Shown: in pieces, positions 15,717 through 26,188 of the stretch
How the letters are laid out: the number at the start of each line of letters is the position of its first letter
Position numbering within the stretch: position 1 is the first letter of the stretch
Source: an uncultured Anaerotignum sp.
GTDB taxonomy: Bacteria; Bacillota; Clostridia; Lachnospirales; Anaerotignaceae
Reading direction: 5' to 3'
Assembly (NCBI GenBank): GCA_944381385.1
Contig: CALWKZ010000117.1
Location: 1-58,661 of the forward strand
Length of the DNA stretch: 58,661 nt
Program-made: the position numbers and the translations under genes
The notes under the pieces: generated by a model
What the model was told of the DNA's origin: nothing
Database searches by the model: none
Seen by the model: the letters and a program-made list of their open reading frames with translations, nothing else

Positions 15717-18359
15717 TTATTTTACCTGTTCCGCAATGATCTCTTTTGCTTTTTCCAGCGCTTCCGCCATCTTGGAGGCATCCTTGCCGCCGGCCTGTGC
15801 CATGTTGGGACGGCCGCCGCCGCCACCGCCGCAGACAGCCGCTGCAGCCTTGATGATATTGCCGGCATGAACGCCCTGTTTTACCACGTCGTCCGTTGCC
15901 ATAGCCATCAGATTTACTTTGCCGTCTTTGCCGCTGACCAGAACGATGACGCCGCTGCCCAGCTTCTGCTTCAGCTGGTCGCCCATGGTCCGCAGCGCGT
16001 TGCCGTCCGCGTCTTTTACTTCCGCCGCCAGTACGGCCACACCATGGATCTCTGTCTTGCCGCCCAGGATCTCGTCGGCAGCGCCGCCAGCCATTTTAGC
16101 TTTCAGTTTTTCCAGCTCTTTAGCGGTTTCTTTCTGCTCCGCCAGCAGCTGTTCCACACGGGCCAGCAGCTTGTCGGGCGTTGCTTTCACCATACGGCAG
16201 ATATCCTTGATTTCCTCTTCCTGTGCCTGATAATGCTTCAGGGCTTCCTTGCCGGTGAGGGCCTCGATTCTTCTGACGCCAGCCGCTACGCCGTTTTCAG
16301 ACAGGATCTTGAAGGAGCCGACCTGGGCCGTGTTATGCAGATGGGCGCCGCCGCACAGCTCGATGCTGTAGCCGCCCATATCTACCACGCGGACCACATC
16401 GCCGTATTTCTCGCCGAACAGGGCCATAGCCCCCATATTTCTTGCCTCGTCAATGGACATTTCCTCAGCGTGTACCTCATAGCTTGCGAAGATCGCGTCA
16501 TTGACCAGACGTTCCACTTCCTTGATCTCTTCCGGTGTCATCGCCGCGAAATGGGTAAAGTCGAAACGCAGTCTGTCGGCGCTCACATAGGAGCCTGCCT
16601 GCTCTACATGGGTACCCAGCACAGTACGCAGCGCCTTGTGCAGCAGATGGGTAGCGCTGTGGTTCCGGGAGGACGCCATACGCAGTTCCACGTCGATGCT
16701 TGCGCAGGCTGTTTCGCCTACCTGTATGGTACCTTCCTTCACTTCGCCCAGATGCGCGAACTTGCCGCCGACTACCTTCACGCAGTCGCTGACTTCCACT
16801 ACACCGGTCTCTGTCTTGATTACGCCTTTGTCGCCTACCTGGCCGCCGCTTTCCGCATAGAAAGGTGTTTTATCCAGGAATACGGCTACACTGTCGCCGG
16901 CCTGAGCCATCTCCGCGATCTGGTCATTGGCTACCAGCGCCACTACCTTGGCGTTTGCCACATCATAGGCATCATATCCCGCAAAGGCTGTTTCCAGTTC
17001 TACAGGCAGTTCGTTGTATACCGTCTCCGCCGCGCCCATATAGTTGGATTTCGCTCTGGCGGAACGTGCTCTTTCCTTCTGCGCCTTCATTTCCTCAGCG
17101 AAGGCGTCCTCGTCGATATCCATGCCGTCCTCTGCCAGGATCTCTTTTGTCAGATCTACAGGGAAGCCATAGGTATCATAGAGACGGAATGCCTTTTCGC
17201 CGCTCATGGTGGTCTGGCCTGCCGCCTTCATTTCCTCCACATCGGCTTTCAAAATCTCCATGCCCTTGTCGATGGTCTTATAGAAGCTGTTTTCCTCGAT
17301 GGACAGGATCTTGAAAATATATTCCTGTTTTTCCACCAGTTCCGGATAAGCCTCGCCGCTGCACGCGATCACGGACTTGGACAGTTCTGCCAAAAATTCG
17401 CCCTGGATGCCCAGCAGCTTGCCATGACGGGCAGCCCGGCGCAGCAGACGGCGCAGCACATAGCCGCGGCCTTCGTTGGAGGGCAGCACGCCGTCGGCGG
17501 TCATCATGGTCACAGAACGGATATGGTCTGTGATGACACGGACGGAAACGTCTGTCTTGTGATCCTTGCCGTATTCCACGCCAGCCTTGGCACAAACGGC
17601 GTCACGGATGGATTTTACGGTATCTACGTCAAAAATGGAGTCTACGCCCTGCATGATAGTCGCCATACGTTCCAGACCCATGCCGGTATCTACATTTTTC
17701 ATAGCCAGTTCTGTATAGGTGCCGTCTTCCTCAGCATTGAACTGCGTCAGTACCAGGTTCCAGAATTCCATATATCTGTCACAGTCACAGCCTACGCCGC
17801 AGGTAGGGCTGTCACAGCCGTATTCCGGGCCTCTGTCGTAATAGATTTCCGTACAGGGGCCGCAGGGGCCTGTGCCGTGTTCCCAGAAGTTGTCCTCCTT
17901 GCCCAGCTTCTTGATCCGATCCCAGGGCAGACCTACTACATCATGCCAGATGTTGCCGGTTTCGTCGTCCTCTTCGTAAATGGTCACATAGAGCTTGTCC
18001 TCGGGGATTTCCAGCACCTTTGTGACAAATTCCCAGCTCCAGGGCACGATCTCGTTCTTGAAATAATCGCCGAAGGAGAAATCCCCCAGCATTTCAAAGA
18101 ACGTGCCGTGGCGGGCCGTTTTGCCTACGTTGTCGATATCGCCGGTACGAATACACTTCTGGCAGGTGGTCACCCGTTTTCTGGGCGGGATCTCCTGACC
18201 GGTGAAGTATGCCTTCATGGGCGCCATACCGGAATTGATCAGCAGCAGGCTGTTGTCGTTATGGGGCACCAGGGAAAAGCTGGGCAGACGCAGATGGTCC
18301 TTGCCTTCAAAAAACTTCAAAAATTCTTCTCTGATTTCGTTTACGCCTAAATATTTCAT
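15717..18359 (-). CDS. alaS: Alanine-tRNA ligase
   Basis: QKCIRTGDI, TFFEMLG, LYDTYGFP, NHSATHLLH editing motif, ELCGG.H, GGGGR. Confidence 0.99.
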   Translation of the reverse strand: MKYLGVNEIREEFLKFFEGKDHLRLPSFSLVPHNDNSLLLINSGMAPMKAYFTGQEIPPRKRVTTCQKCIRTGDIDNVGKTARHGTFFEMLGDFSFGDYFKNEIVPWSWEFVTKVLEIPEDKLYVTIYEEDDETGNIWHDVVGLPWDRIKKLGKEDNFWEHGTGPCGPCTEIYYDRGPEYGCDSPTCGVGCDCDRYMEFWNLVLTQFNAEEDGTYTELAMKNVDTGMGLERMATIMQGVDSIFDVDTVKSIRDAVCAKAGVEYGKDHKTDVSVRVITDHIRSVTMMTADGVLPSNEGRGYVLRRLLRRAARHGKLLGIQGEFLAELSKSVIACSGEAYPELVEKQEYIFKILSIEENSFYKTIDKGMEILKADVEEMKAAGQTTMSGEKAFRLYDTYGFPVDLTKEILAEDGMDIDEDAFAEEMKAQKERARSARAKSNYMGAAETVYNELPVELETAFAGYDAYDVANAKVVALVANDQIAEMAQAGDSVAVFLDKTPFYAESGGQVGDKGVIKTETGVVEVSDCVKVVGGKFAHLGEVKEGTIQVGETACASIDVELRMASSRNHSATHLLHKALRTVLGTHVEQAGSYVSADRLRFDFTHFAAMTPEEIKEVERLVNDAIFASYEVHAEEMSIDEARNMGAMALFGEKYGDVVRVVDMGGYSIELCGGAHLHNTAQVGSFKILSENGVAAGVRRIEALTGKEALKHYQAQEEEIKDICRMVKATPDKLLARVEQLLAEQKETAKELEKLKAKMAGGAADEILGGKTEIHGVAVLAAEVKDADGNALRTMGDQLKQKLGSGVIVLVSGKDGKVNLMAMATDDVVKQGVHAGNIIKAAAAVCGGGGGGRPNMAQAGGKDASKMAEALEKAKEIIAEQVK

Positions 18360-18403
18360 ATCTTACCTCCTTATATCGTTTTCTCCTCCACAGGCGGTAC
18401 AAT

Positions 18404-18650
18404 AAAAAAGCCCCTGACTGCATTAGTCAGGGACGAATTACCGTGGTACCACCCTTGTTACGCCCAGAAGGACGTCACTCAAAGCCTTTAACGCAGGCAT
18501 ACGCTCCGGCATACTCCTTGTTCCGCCAGAGGGCTGTGGCTTTCGCCCGAAAAGACTGCTTCGGCAGTGTGCTGCGGAAAGCCTTGCACCTATGGCTTTC
18601 TCTCTGGAGCGTCCACCCGCTGCCTACTCCTTCTTTTCCCGGCCTTTTTT
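18404..18650 (-). promoter_or_regulatory. T-box riboswitch, Ala (GCA) specifier
   Basis: AAGGGTGGTACCACG at 18442-18456; terminator CCCTGACT..AGTCAGGG + U-tract; AGTA/AGAGA/GGTG stem I motifs; GAA-GCA specifier at 18557-18559. Confidence 0.92.
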
Positions 18651-18666
18651 CTGAAAATACAATTTG

Positions 18667-18695
18667 ATTATAGACAGCGGCGGCAGCTTTGTCAA
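18667..18695 (-). promoter_or_regulatory. sigmaA promoter of alaS leader
   Basis: Consensus TTGACA-N17-TATAAT. Confidence 0.85.
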
Positions 18696-18715
18696 GAAAA
18701 ACCGCTGTTTCCGCC

Positions 18716-20137
18716 TTACATTTCTCGCAGCACCTCTCCCAGCCGCTTCATGCCCACCTCGATCTTGTCATCGGATAGCCCCGCAAAACTGAGACGTACA
18801 TGGTTTTCCGGGCTGCCGTCAATGGAAAACTGGCCGCCGGGAGAAACCACCACATTCTTCTCCAACGCCCGATTGCAGAAAGCCTCTCCGTCCACGCCTT
18901 CCGGTAGGCGCACCCACAGGCTCACGCCGCCTTCCGGCAGAAAAAAAGACGCTCCCTGGGGCAGGAGATATTTTTTCGCCATGGATACGGCCTTCCGATA
19001 TTTCCCGCTGCCGTACTGGCGGACCTTTTTGCCGTGGGCCTCCCAGCCGTTGCAGCGCAGGTATTCCTCCAGAGATTTCTGCAAAAAGCCAGAGGTGGAA
19101 ATATCTGTCGTATACTTCGCCTCCATAACAGCCCCCTTCACCTTTTTGGGCAGTACCATCAGCCCCATGCGAAGCCCTGGCATCAGGATCTTGGAAAAGC
19201 TCTTGATATAAATGACCCTGTTTTTGTAGTCCAGCGCCTTTAAGGGCAGAGGCATTTCCTTGCCGTAATGGAAATCGTAAAAGTCATCTTCTTCTATAAT
19301 ATAGGTATCATATTTTTCCGCCAGCTCCAGCAGCCGCCGTTTCTTCTCCCTGGAATAGGAGATCCCCGTTGGCGTCTGGAAATAGGCCATCATATATATG
19401 AACCGGGGATGGTACAGCTTCAGATAGTTTTCCAGCTCCTCCGTCTCCATGCCGTCCGCCGCCAGAGGGATGCCGATCAGCTTGGCCCCCCGGGAAAGGA
19501 AGGCCCCGGCCGCCCCGTAAAAGGTGGGACTTTCCACAAAGACCACATCCCCGTACCGCAGCAGGGCTTTGGAAATGATGTCGATGCCCTGCTGGGCGCC
19601 GGAGATGATCTGCAAATTCTCCGTTCCCGTCTGGATGCCGAAGGAAGCCAGGTACCGGCAAAGCTCCTCCCGCAGCGGCAGATAGCCCATGCTGTCCGTA
19701 TAGCGGAAGGCGCCGCCTTTTTCCCGCTCCAATACCGTATCAAAGGCCTTCTTGAAGGCGTCCACAGGAAACAGCTCATTGGGCAGGGAAGTCAAGGTAA
19801 AATTGATGGCGTTTTCCAGAGCGGGTATGCGCTCCAGCCGTTCCAGATTCTTCCGGGCCACCGGCTCCGGCACCTCCTCCACCGGCAGAGGCGAAATAAA
19901 GGTGCCGCTGCCCACCCGGGAATAGACCATTTTTTTCTGTTCCAGATATTTATAAGCCGTTACAATGGTAACGGGATTCACGCCGAAATGGGCCGCCATC
20001 TTCCGGATGGGCGGCAGCTTGCTGTTGGCGGGCAGGCTCCCATCGGCGATGCCCTTTGCCAAGGCATCCGCCAGCTGCTGGTACAGGGGCGTTGGGGAGC
20101 CGTGCTCCAAGGCTATGCTGAAAATCTTTTCTTCCAT
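18716..20137 (-). CDS. MocR/GabR-family regulator (GntR HTH + PLP aminotransferase domain)
   Basis: PLYQQL..KLPPIR HTH; SGAQQG, FQTPTG, IIEEDD, SFSK..PGLRMG. Confidence 0.92.
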   Translation of the reverse strand: MEEKIFSIALEHGSPTPLYQQLADALAKGIADGSLPANSKLPPIRKMAAHFGVNPVTIVTAYKYLEQKKMVYSRVGSGTFISPLPVEEVPEPVARKNLERLERIPALENAINFTLTSLPNELFPVDAFKKAFDTVLEREKGGAFRYTDSMGYLPLREELCRYLASFGIQTGTENLQIISGAQQGIDIISKALLRYGDVVFVESPTFYGAAGAFLSRGAKLIGIPLAADGMETEELENYLKLYHPRFIYMMAYFQTPTGISYSREKKRRLLELAEKYDTYIIEEDDFYDFHYGKEMPLPLKALDYKNRVIYIKSFSKILMPGLRMGLMVLPKKVKGAVMEAKYTTDISTSGFLQKSLEEYLRCNGWEAHGKKVRQYGSGKYRKAVSMAKKYLLPQGASFFLPEGGVSLWVRLPEGVDGEAFCNRALEKNVVVSPGGQFSIDGSPENHVRLSFAGLSDDKIEVGMKRLGEVLREM

Positions 20138-20158
20138 CCCATTTCTTCTCCTTTTGGT

Positions 20159-21523
20159 TCAATATTCTTTTCTTCCGGCGGCGCCGGGGATGCCCATAGC
20201 CTCCCGGTATTTGGCCACCGTCCGCCGGGAAATGGAAAATCCCTCCGCCGCCAGACGTTCCGCCAGCTCCCTGTCGCTGAGGGGCTTCTTTTTGTCCTCC
20301 GCCGCTATCAATTCCTCCAGACGGCCGCGGACGTCATCCGTAGACACTTCCGTACCGCTTTCTCCCATGGCTTTGACAAAAAAGTCCGCCAGCAGGAACA
20401 CCCCCTGATCGCACTGGAGATATTTTTCCTTGACGGCCCGGCTGACCGTGGACTCATGGACCTGCATCTGCTGGGCGATATCCACCATCCGCAGCGGCTT
20501 CAGCCGCCGGCCCGGCTCCAGGAAAAAGTCCTTCTGGGCCTCCACAATGAGCCTTGCCGTCTCCAGCAGGGTGCTTTCCCTGCGGTTGACGCACTGGACG
20601 GCCCATTCCGCCTGGCGCAGCTTTTGCAGGATGTATTCTCTCGTTTCTCCCGCCGGCTCCTCCCGGAGCATTTTCTGATAGGCGGCATTGATATACAGCC
20701 GGGGGGCCACCGCGTTATTGACGCTGACAAACAGCTCCCCGTTCCTGCGCTCCACCAGAACATCCGGCACCACATACTCCACGGGGCCGCCGCCTGCAAA
20801 GCCGCTGCCGGGCTTGGGCTGGCAGCCTTTGATCTCCCGCAGGGCCGCCGTCAGCTCCTCCAGAGAGATATGCATTTTTTTGGCCACGTGGCTCATGCGG
20901 TTCCTGGCGATCTCCTCCAGATATTCCCGCACCGCCAGCTGGGCCGTTTGGGAAGCGCCCTTCTGCTCCAGCTGGATCAAAAGACATTCCCGCAGGTCTC
21001 TGGCGCCTACGCCGGGCGGGTCCAGGGCTTGCAGAGATGATAACGCCTCCTCCGCCTGTTCCCTGGAAACGCCGTATTTCTCCATGGCCGCCTCCAGCGC
21101 GCCGCTTTCCAGATAGCCGCTTTCCTCCGTACTTTCCGCCAGGAAGGTCATCAGGCATTTTTTTTCCTTCTCCACAGGCAGGATATGAATCTGGAAGAGA
21201 AGATATTCCCGCAGGCTCTGGGCTTCCTTCTTCCCATAGCGCAGGTCCTCCCGTTCCTTTTCATTATCCGCCTCCGTCTGGTAATAGCTCCGGTTCTGCT
21301 CGTCGGATTCCTGGAGCCACTCCAGCCGCTGGAGCATCCGCTCTTCCCGCAGGGAGGCTTCCTGCCCCAGGTCCTCCATATTCCAGTCTAGGAGGGGATT
21401 TTCTTCGGAGACCTCCCGGATATACTCCGAAAGCGCCATGGTATTCATCTGCAGAATCTCCACGGACTGCTGCATCCGTTGGGAAAGAATCTGCTTTTGC
21501 TGTAATTGTAAAGACAGATCCAT
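20159..21523 (-). CDS. rpoN: RNA polymerase sigma-54 factor
   Basis: Gln/Leu-rich region I, DPPGVGARDLRECL, HESTVSRA, RpoN box SRRTVAKYRE; start approximate. Confidence 0.96.
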   Translation of the reverse strand: MDLSLQLQQKQILSQRMQQSVEILQMNTMALSEYIREVSEENPLLDWNMEDLGQEASLREERMLQRLEWLQESDEQNRSYYQTEADNEKEREDLRYGKKEAQSLREYLLFQIHILPVEKEKKCLMTFLAESTEESGYLESGALEAAMEKYGVSREQAEEALSSLQALDPPGVGARDLRECLLIQLEQKGASQTAQLAVREYLEEIARNRMSHVAKKMHISLEELTAALREIKGCQPKPGSGFAGGGPVEYVVPDVLVERRNGELFVSVNNAVAPRLYINAAYQKMLREEPAGETREYILQKLRQAEWAVQCVNRRESTLLETARLIVEAQKDFFLEPGRRLKPLRMVDIAQQMQVHESTVSRAVKEKYLQCDQGVFLLADFFVKAMGESGTEVSTDDVRGRLEELIAAEDKKKPLSDRELAERLAAEGFSISRRTVAKYREAMGIPGAAGRKEY

Positions 21524-21626
21524 ATCTGCGGCGGCGGTCTTGTCTGACCGTTCCCGCCTTTCCTCCTTTCTGGTTCTTTGTATTGTTTTCTTCCTTAATA
21601 GATTCCTGCCAAAACGTATTGATTTT

Positions 21627-21666
21627 ATTTTAACACAGCCGGCCCCTTCCAGCAAGTTTTATGCCA
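21627..21666 (-). promoter_or_regulatory. sigmaA promoter of rpoN overlapped by a sigma54 -24/-12 box
   Basis: TTGCTG-N17-TAAAAT (extended TG) and TGGCATAAAACTTGCT at 21651-21666. Confidence 0.7.
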
Positions 21667-22064
21667 TAGTTTCCTTTTCCCTGTTTTCTCCTTGTAAAAG
21701 CTGACCGAAAATGGGGCGGAATTATGGTAATAAATTATCATTTACTTTTCTGCATAATAATAGTAAACTAAGGAAAAGAAAGAGACAATTCGCATACAAA
21801 CTAAATGGGAATGGTTGGTTTTGCTGGGAGCCTCTTCCTCCCCGCCTGCCATTTATTTCCTGCTCAGGCTGCATATTTTGCGTAAAAAAACGGGCCTTCT
21901 CGATTTTTTTGCAAAAAAATATTGTTAATTTTTCTTTTTTGTATTAAAATATTGCTGTTATAAATAGCTATATTTTTATAAAGCATAACCAAACCAAGCG
22001 TTTCCAGCCGAATGCTTGTCTTTTGTGCTGTAAACGCAAAAATCACTTGACAGAGGGGGATATT

Positions 22065-23456
22065 ATGCAAGCTTTAACGTTCAAACGTGGAGTTCACCCG
22101 CCTGATGGGAAAGCGCTTTCCGCAGAAAAGCCCATTCAGGTGATACTCCCAAAGGAAAACTCTGAGTTGTTCTACCCCATGAGCCAGCACATCGGCGCTC
22201 CCTGTGAGCCCCTGGTAGCTGTTGGCGATCATGTAAAAGTAGGACAGAAGATCGCTGAGTCACCCGCATTCATGTCTTCTCCCATCTTTGCCAGCGTATC
22301 CGGCGAAGTTGTGGATATCAGACCTATGCTGGTTCCCGGCGGCGCAACCGTAAAATCCATCGTCGTAAAGAATGACGGCAAGATGGAAGAAATCGAAGGC
22401 CTGAACCAGGGCAGAGATTACACAACCATGTCCAACGAAGAAATCCTGGCTGCTATCAAAGACGCCGGCGTTGTTGGTCTGGGTGGTGCAGGTTTCCCTA
22501 CACATGTAAAACTCAACCCTCCTAAGGACACACCTATCGATCACATCCTGATCAATGCCGCAGAGTGCGAACCTTACCTCACCTGCGACTACCGTCTGAT
22601 GGTGGAAGAACCCGAAAGAATTGTCAAAGGCTTACAGATTATGCTGAAACTGCACCCCGGTGCAAAAGGCGTAATCGGCATCGAGATGAACAAGCCCAAG
22701 GCTATTGAGTCCATGACCAAGGCCTGCGAAGGCATCGACAACATCTCCGTACAGCCTCTGGTAACAAAGTTCCCTCAGGGCTCTGAAAAACATCTGATCT
22801 ACGCTATCACAAAGAGAGAAGTAAAATCCGGCGCACTGCCCGCAAGCGCAGGCTGCATCGTAGACAACGTAGATACCGTGGTTGCTATCGAAAGAGCTAT
22901 CTGCAAAGGCAGACCTCTGATGAGAAGAATCGTTACCGTATCCGGCAACGGCATCAAAAACCCCGGCAACTACAAGATCCGTATCGGTATGACACTGAGA
23001 GATCTGATAGACGCTATCGGCGGTTTCAATGAGGAAAATCCTCCTGTGAAGCTGATCGCCGGCGGTCCTATGATGGGTCCTACTCTGTACACCCTGGATG
23101 TTGCATCCGTAAAAACCACTTCCGGTCTGCTGTGCTTCACAAAAGAAGAAGCATACATTCCCGAAGAAAGAAACTGTATCCGCTGCGGTAAGTGCGTAGA
23201 CCACTGTCCTATGGGCCTGATGCCTTTCATGCTGAACGCACTGTCCCTGAAGGGCGACGGCGAAGGTTTCGTAAAACACCATGGTCTGGATTGTATCGAA
23301 TGCGGTTCCTGCTCTTTTGAGTGTCCCGCTAAGCGTCAGCTGGCACAGTCCATCCGCGCAACAAAGAAAATCGAAGCAGGCAAAAAAGCCGCTGCTGCAG
23401 CTGCCGCAAGAGCAAAAGCGGAAGCAGAAGCAAAGGCAAAGGCCGAAAAGAACTAA
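22065..23456 (+). CDS. rnfC: Rnf complex subunit C
   Basis: GLGGAGFPT, NAAECEPYL, CIRCGKC..CP, CIECGSC..CP. Confidence 0.97.
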   Translation: MQALTFKRGVHPPDGKALSAEKPIQVILPKENSELFYPMSQHIGAPCEPLVAVGDHVKVGQKIAESPAFMSSPIFASVSGEVVDIRPMLVPGGATVKSIVVKNDGKMEEIEGLNQGRDYTTMSNEEILAAIKDAGVVGLGGAGFPTHVKLNPPKDTPIDHILINAAECEPYLTCDYRLMVEEPERIVKGLQIMLKLHPGAKGVIGIEMNKPKAIESMTKACEGIDNISVQPLVTKFPQGSEKHLIYAITKREVKSGALPASAGCIVDNVDTVVAIERAICKGRPLMRRIVTVSGNGIKNPGNYKIRIGMTLRDLIDAIGGFNEENPPVKLIAGGPMMGPTLYTLDVASVKTTSGLLCFTKEEAYIPEERNCIRCGKCVDHCPMGLMPFMLNALSLKGDGEGFVKHHGLDCIECGSCSFECPAKRQLAQSIRATKKIEAGKKAAAAAAARAKAEAEAKAKAEKN

Positions 23457-23475
23457 AGAAGGGGGAGAATAGAGA

Positions 23476-24441
23476 ATGTCTAATTTTGTAGTATCCGGTA
23501 CCCCTCACGTGCGTTCTAAAGAATCTATTCAGAGCATCATGCGTGATGTTATCATCGCTCTGATTCCCGCAACAGCGGTGGGTATCTATTATTTCGGTAT
23601 TCCTGCACTGATCACCATTGTAGTGTCTATCGTATCCAGCGTATTTTTTGAATGGCTGTACCAGAAGGCAATGAAAAAACCCGTAACCGTAAGCGACTTG
23701 TCCGCTGTTGTTACCGGTCTGCTGCTGGCAATGAACATGCCCGCAAGCTCTCCTATCTGGATGCCTATCGTCGGCAGCGCATTCGCAATCATCTTTGCAA
23801 AACAGCTCTTTGGCGGTCTGGGCCAGAACTTCATCAACCCTGCGCTGGCTGGCAGAGCATTCCTGGTAGCTTCTTATCCTACAGAAATGACAACATGGAC
23901 AGCACCCGTTGGTTTCAGCGGCGCTGACGCAGTTGCAGTAGCTACACCTCTGGCTTCCCTGAAGACAGGCGTAATGCCCGACGCAACTCTGCTGGATGTT
24001 TTCATTGGTAATGTAGGCGGCTGTATCGGTGAAACATGTGCCATCGCACTGATCATCGGCGGTATCTACCTGATCGCAAAACACGTGATCAGCTGGAAGA
24101 TCCCCGTAATCTACATCGCAACAGTATTTATCCTCACAGCAGCAATCGGCAGAAAAGGTCTGCGTGTGCCTGTTTATGAACTGTTCACCGGCGGTTTGAT
24201 GCTGGGTGCATTCTTCATGGCAACAGACTACGCATCCTCTCCCGTTACACCTAAGGGACAGGTAATCTTTGCCATCGGCTGTGGTTTGATTACAACACTG
24301 ATCAGAATTTTCGGCGGTTACCCCGAAGGCGTATCCTACTCTATCCTGATCATGAACCTGGCAGTACCTCTGATCGAAAGATTCACAGAGCCTAAGATCT
24401 TCGGTGCTCTGCCTAAAGTAAAGGAGGCGAAGAAAGCATGA
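23476..24441 (+). CDS. rnfD: Rnf complex subunit D
   Basis: KQLFGGLGQNFINPA, ATPL FMN site, FFMATD. Confidence 0.97.
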   Translation: MSNFVVSGTPHVRSKESIQSIMRDVIIALIPATAVGIYYFGIPALITIVVSIVSSVFFEWLYQKAMKKPVTVSDLSAVVTGLLLAMNMPASSPIWMPIVGSAFAIIFAKQLFGGLGQNFINPALAGRAFLVASYPTEMTTWTAPVGFSGADAVAVATPLASLKTGVMPDATLLDVFIGNVGGCIGETCAIALIIGGIYLIAKHVISWKIPVIYIATVFILTAAIGRKGLRVPVYELFTGGLMLGAFFMATDYASSPVTPKGQVIFAIGCGLITTLIRIFGGYPEGVSYSILIMNLAVPLIERFTEPKIFGALPKVKEAKKA

Positions 24442-24977
24442 ACACAAAAGAAGTTGTAAAACCGGCAGTTGTGCTTCTGCTCATTTCCGCAGTTGCTGCG
24501 GCTTGCCTCGGCGCGGTTTCCGAGATTACAAAGGAACCCATCGCCATCCAGAACCAGAAGACACTGAATGCATCCATGCAGGCGGTTATGCCTGAGGCGT
24601 CCAGCTTTGAAGAAATGACAGACGCAGAACTGACAGGCACAATCACTGCTGTATACCAGTCCGATAACGGCGGTTATGTTATCACAACAGCACCCAGCGG
24701 CTTTGGCGGCGCTGTAAACACTATGGTCGGCATCGACGCTGACGGTGTGATTACCGGTCTGCGTGTTACAGGCCATTCCGAAACACCCGGTCTGGGCGCA
24801 AAATCCACAGAACCCGATTTCTATGAACAGTTTACTGGCAAATCCGGTTCCGTAACAGTTACAAAAGATGGCGGCGAAATCGTTCCCATCACAAGTTCCA
24901 CCATTACTTCCAGAGCCGTATGTTCCGGCGCACAGGAAGCTTTGGACTGGGTCGCAGCGAACGGAGGTGCTAACTAA
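24438..24977 (+). CDS. rnfG: Rnf complex subunit G
   Basis: HSETPGLG, ITSSTITS FMN-binding motif. Confidence 0.95.
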   Translation: MNTKEVVKPAVVLLLISAVAAACLGAVSEITKEPIAIQNQKTLNASMQAVMPEASSFEEMTDAELTGTITAVYQSDNGGYVITTAPSGFGGAVNTMVGIDADGVITGLRVTGHSETPGLGAKSTEPDFYEQFTGKSGSVTVTKDGGEIVPITSSTITSRAVCSGAQEALDWVAANGGAN

Positions 24978-25576
24978 TGGCTAACCCGCTTAAAATCCTG
25001 AAAAACGGTATTATCAACGAAAACCCTACCTTTATCCAGGTTATCGGTATGTGTCCTACACTGGCTGTTACCAGCTCCGCCATCAACGGTATTGGTATGG
25101 GTCTGTCCACAGCAGCGGTTCTGATCTTCGCGAACCTGTTCGTATCCCTGCTGAGAAAAGTTATCCCCGATACAGTAAGAATCCCTTGCTTTATCGTTGT
25201 AATCGCAACATTCGTAACCATCGTACAGTTCCTGCTGCAGGCATACCTGCCCGCGCTGAACGCGTCTCTGGGTCTTTATATCCCTCTGATCGTAGTTAAC
25301 TGTATCATTCTGGCCAGAGCAGAAGCCTTCGCTTCCAAAAATGGCCCCATCGCTTCCATCTTCGATGGTCTGGGCATGGGCCTTGGCTTTACCGTCGCTC
25401 TTGCAGTCATTGGTCTGGTTCGTGAATTCATCGGTTCCGGTACTCTGTTCGATATCACAGTACTGCCCGACGCATTCCCCAGAACACTGCTGTTCGTAAT
25501 GGCTCCCGGCGCGTTCTTCACACTGGGCTGCCTGATGGCCGCTCTGAACCACTTCAGAAACAAGAAAAAAGCATAA
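24977..25576 (+). CDS. rnfE: Rnf complex subunit E
   Basis: GMCPTLAV, IPLIVVNCIILARAE. Confidence 0.96.
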   Translation: MANPLKILKNGIINENPTFIQVIGMCPTLAVTSSAINGIGMGLSTAAVLIFANLFVSLLRKVIPDTVRIPCFIVVIATFVTIVQFLLQAYLPALNASLGLYIPLIVVNCIILARAEAFASKNGPIASIFDGLGMGLGFTVALAVIGLVREFIGSGTLFDITVLPDAFPRTLLFVMAPGAFFTLGCLMAALNHFRNKKKA

Positions 25577-25590
25577 GGAGGGGAAAATAG

Positions 25591-26169
25591 ATGTATCTGA
25601 TTTTATTGATCTTGGCCGGGATCTTCGTAAATAACTACGTATTGTCCCAGTTCTTAGGTATCTGCCCCTTCCTCGGCGTTTCCAAAAAAGTGGATACTGC
25701 TGCCGGCATGGGCGTTGCCGTAATCTTCGTTATGTCCCTGGCATCCGCAGTTGCATACCTGGTATACAACCTGATCCTGGTGCCTCTGGGTATTGACTAT
25801 CTGTACAACATTGCCTTTATTCTGGTTATCGCATCCCTGGTACAGTTCGTAGAAATGTTCCTGAAAAAAGCGGCTCCCGCTTTGTATCAGGCACTGGGCG
25901 TATTCCTGCCCCTGATCACAACAAACTGTGCCGTTCTGGGTGTTGCCGTACTGAATATGCAGAAAGGCTATAACTTTATCGAATCCGTACTGAATGGTTT
26001 CGGCGGTGCTGCCGGTTTCGCACTGGCTATCGTACTGTTTGCCGGTATCCGTGAAAGAATCGCGGACAACGACACACCAAAGGCATTCGACGGTTTCCCC
26101 ATGGCACTGATCACCGCCGGTCTGATGTCCATCGCTTTCCTGGGCTTCTCCGGTCTGATCAAACTGTAA
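25591..26169 (+). CDS. rnfA: Rnf complex subunit A
   Basis: [23 protein letters not shown]. Confidence 0.96.
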   Translation: MYLILLILAGIFVNNYVLSQFLGICPFLGVSKKVDTAAGMGVAVIFVMSLASAVAYLVYNLILVPLGIDYLYNIAFILVIASLVQFVEMFLKKAAPALYQALGVFLPLITTNCAVLGVAVLNMQKGYNFIESVLNGFGGAAGFALAIVLFAGIRERIADNDTPKAFDGFPMALITAGLMSIAFLGFSGLIKL

Positions 26170-26188
26170 TACAAGGAGTGTGACAAAA

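Noticed and set aside
15867-18350. 827-aa + strand ORF, and similar long antisense ORFs (e.g. 1340-2395, 5306-6652, 19268-21040, 45238-46560)
   Set aside because: Antisense shadows of well-supported genes in GC-rich coding DNA; no motifs or RBS.
21900-22060. Rex operator upstream of rnf
   Set aside because: Only a TTGTTAA half-site; no matching TTAACAA at the expected spacing.
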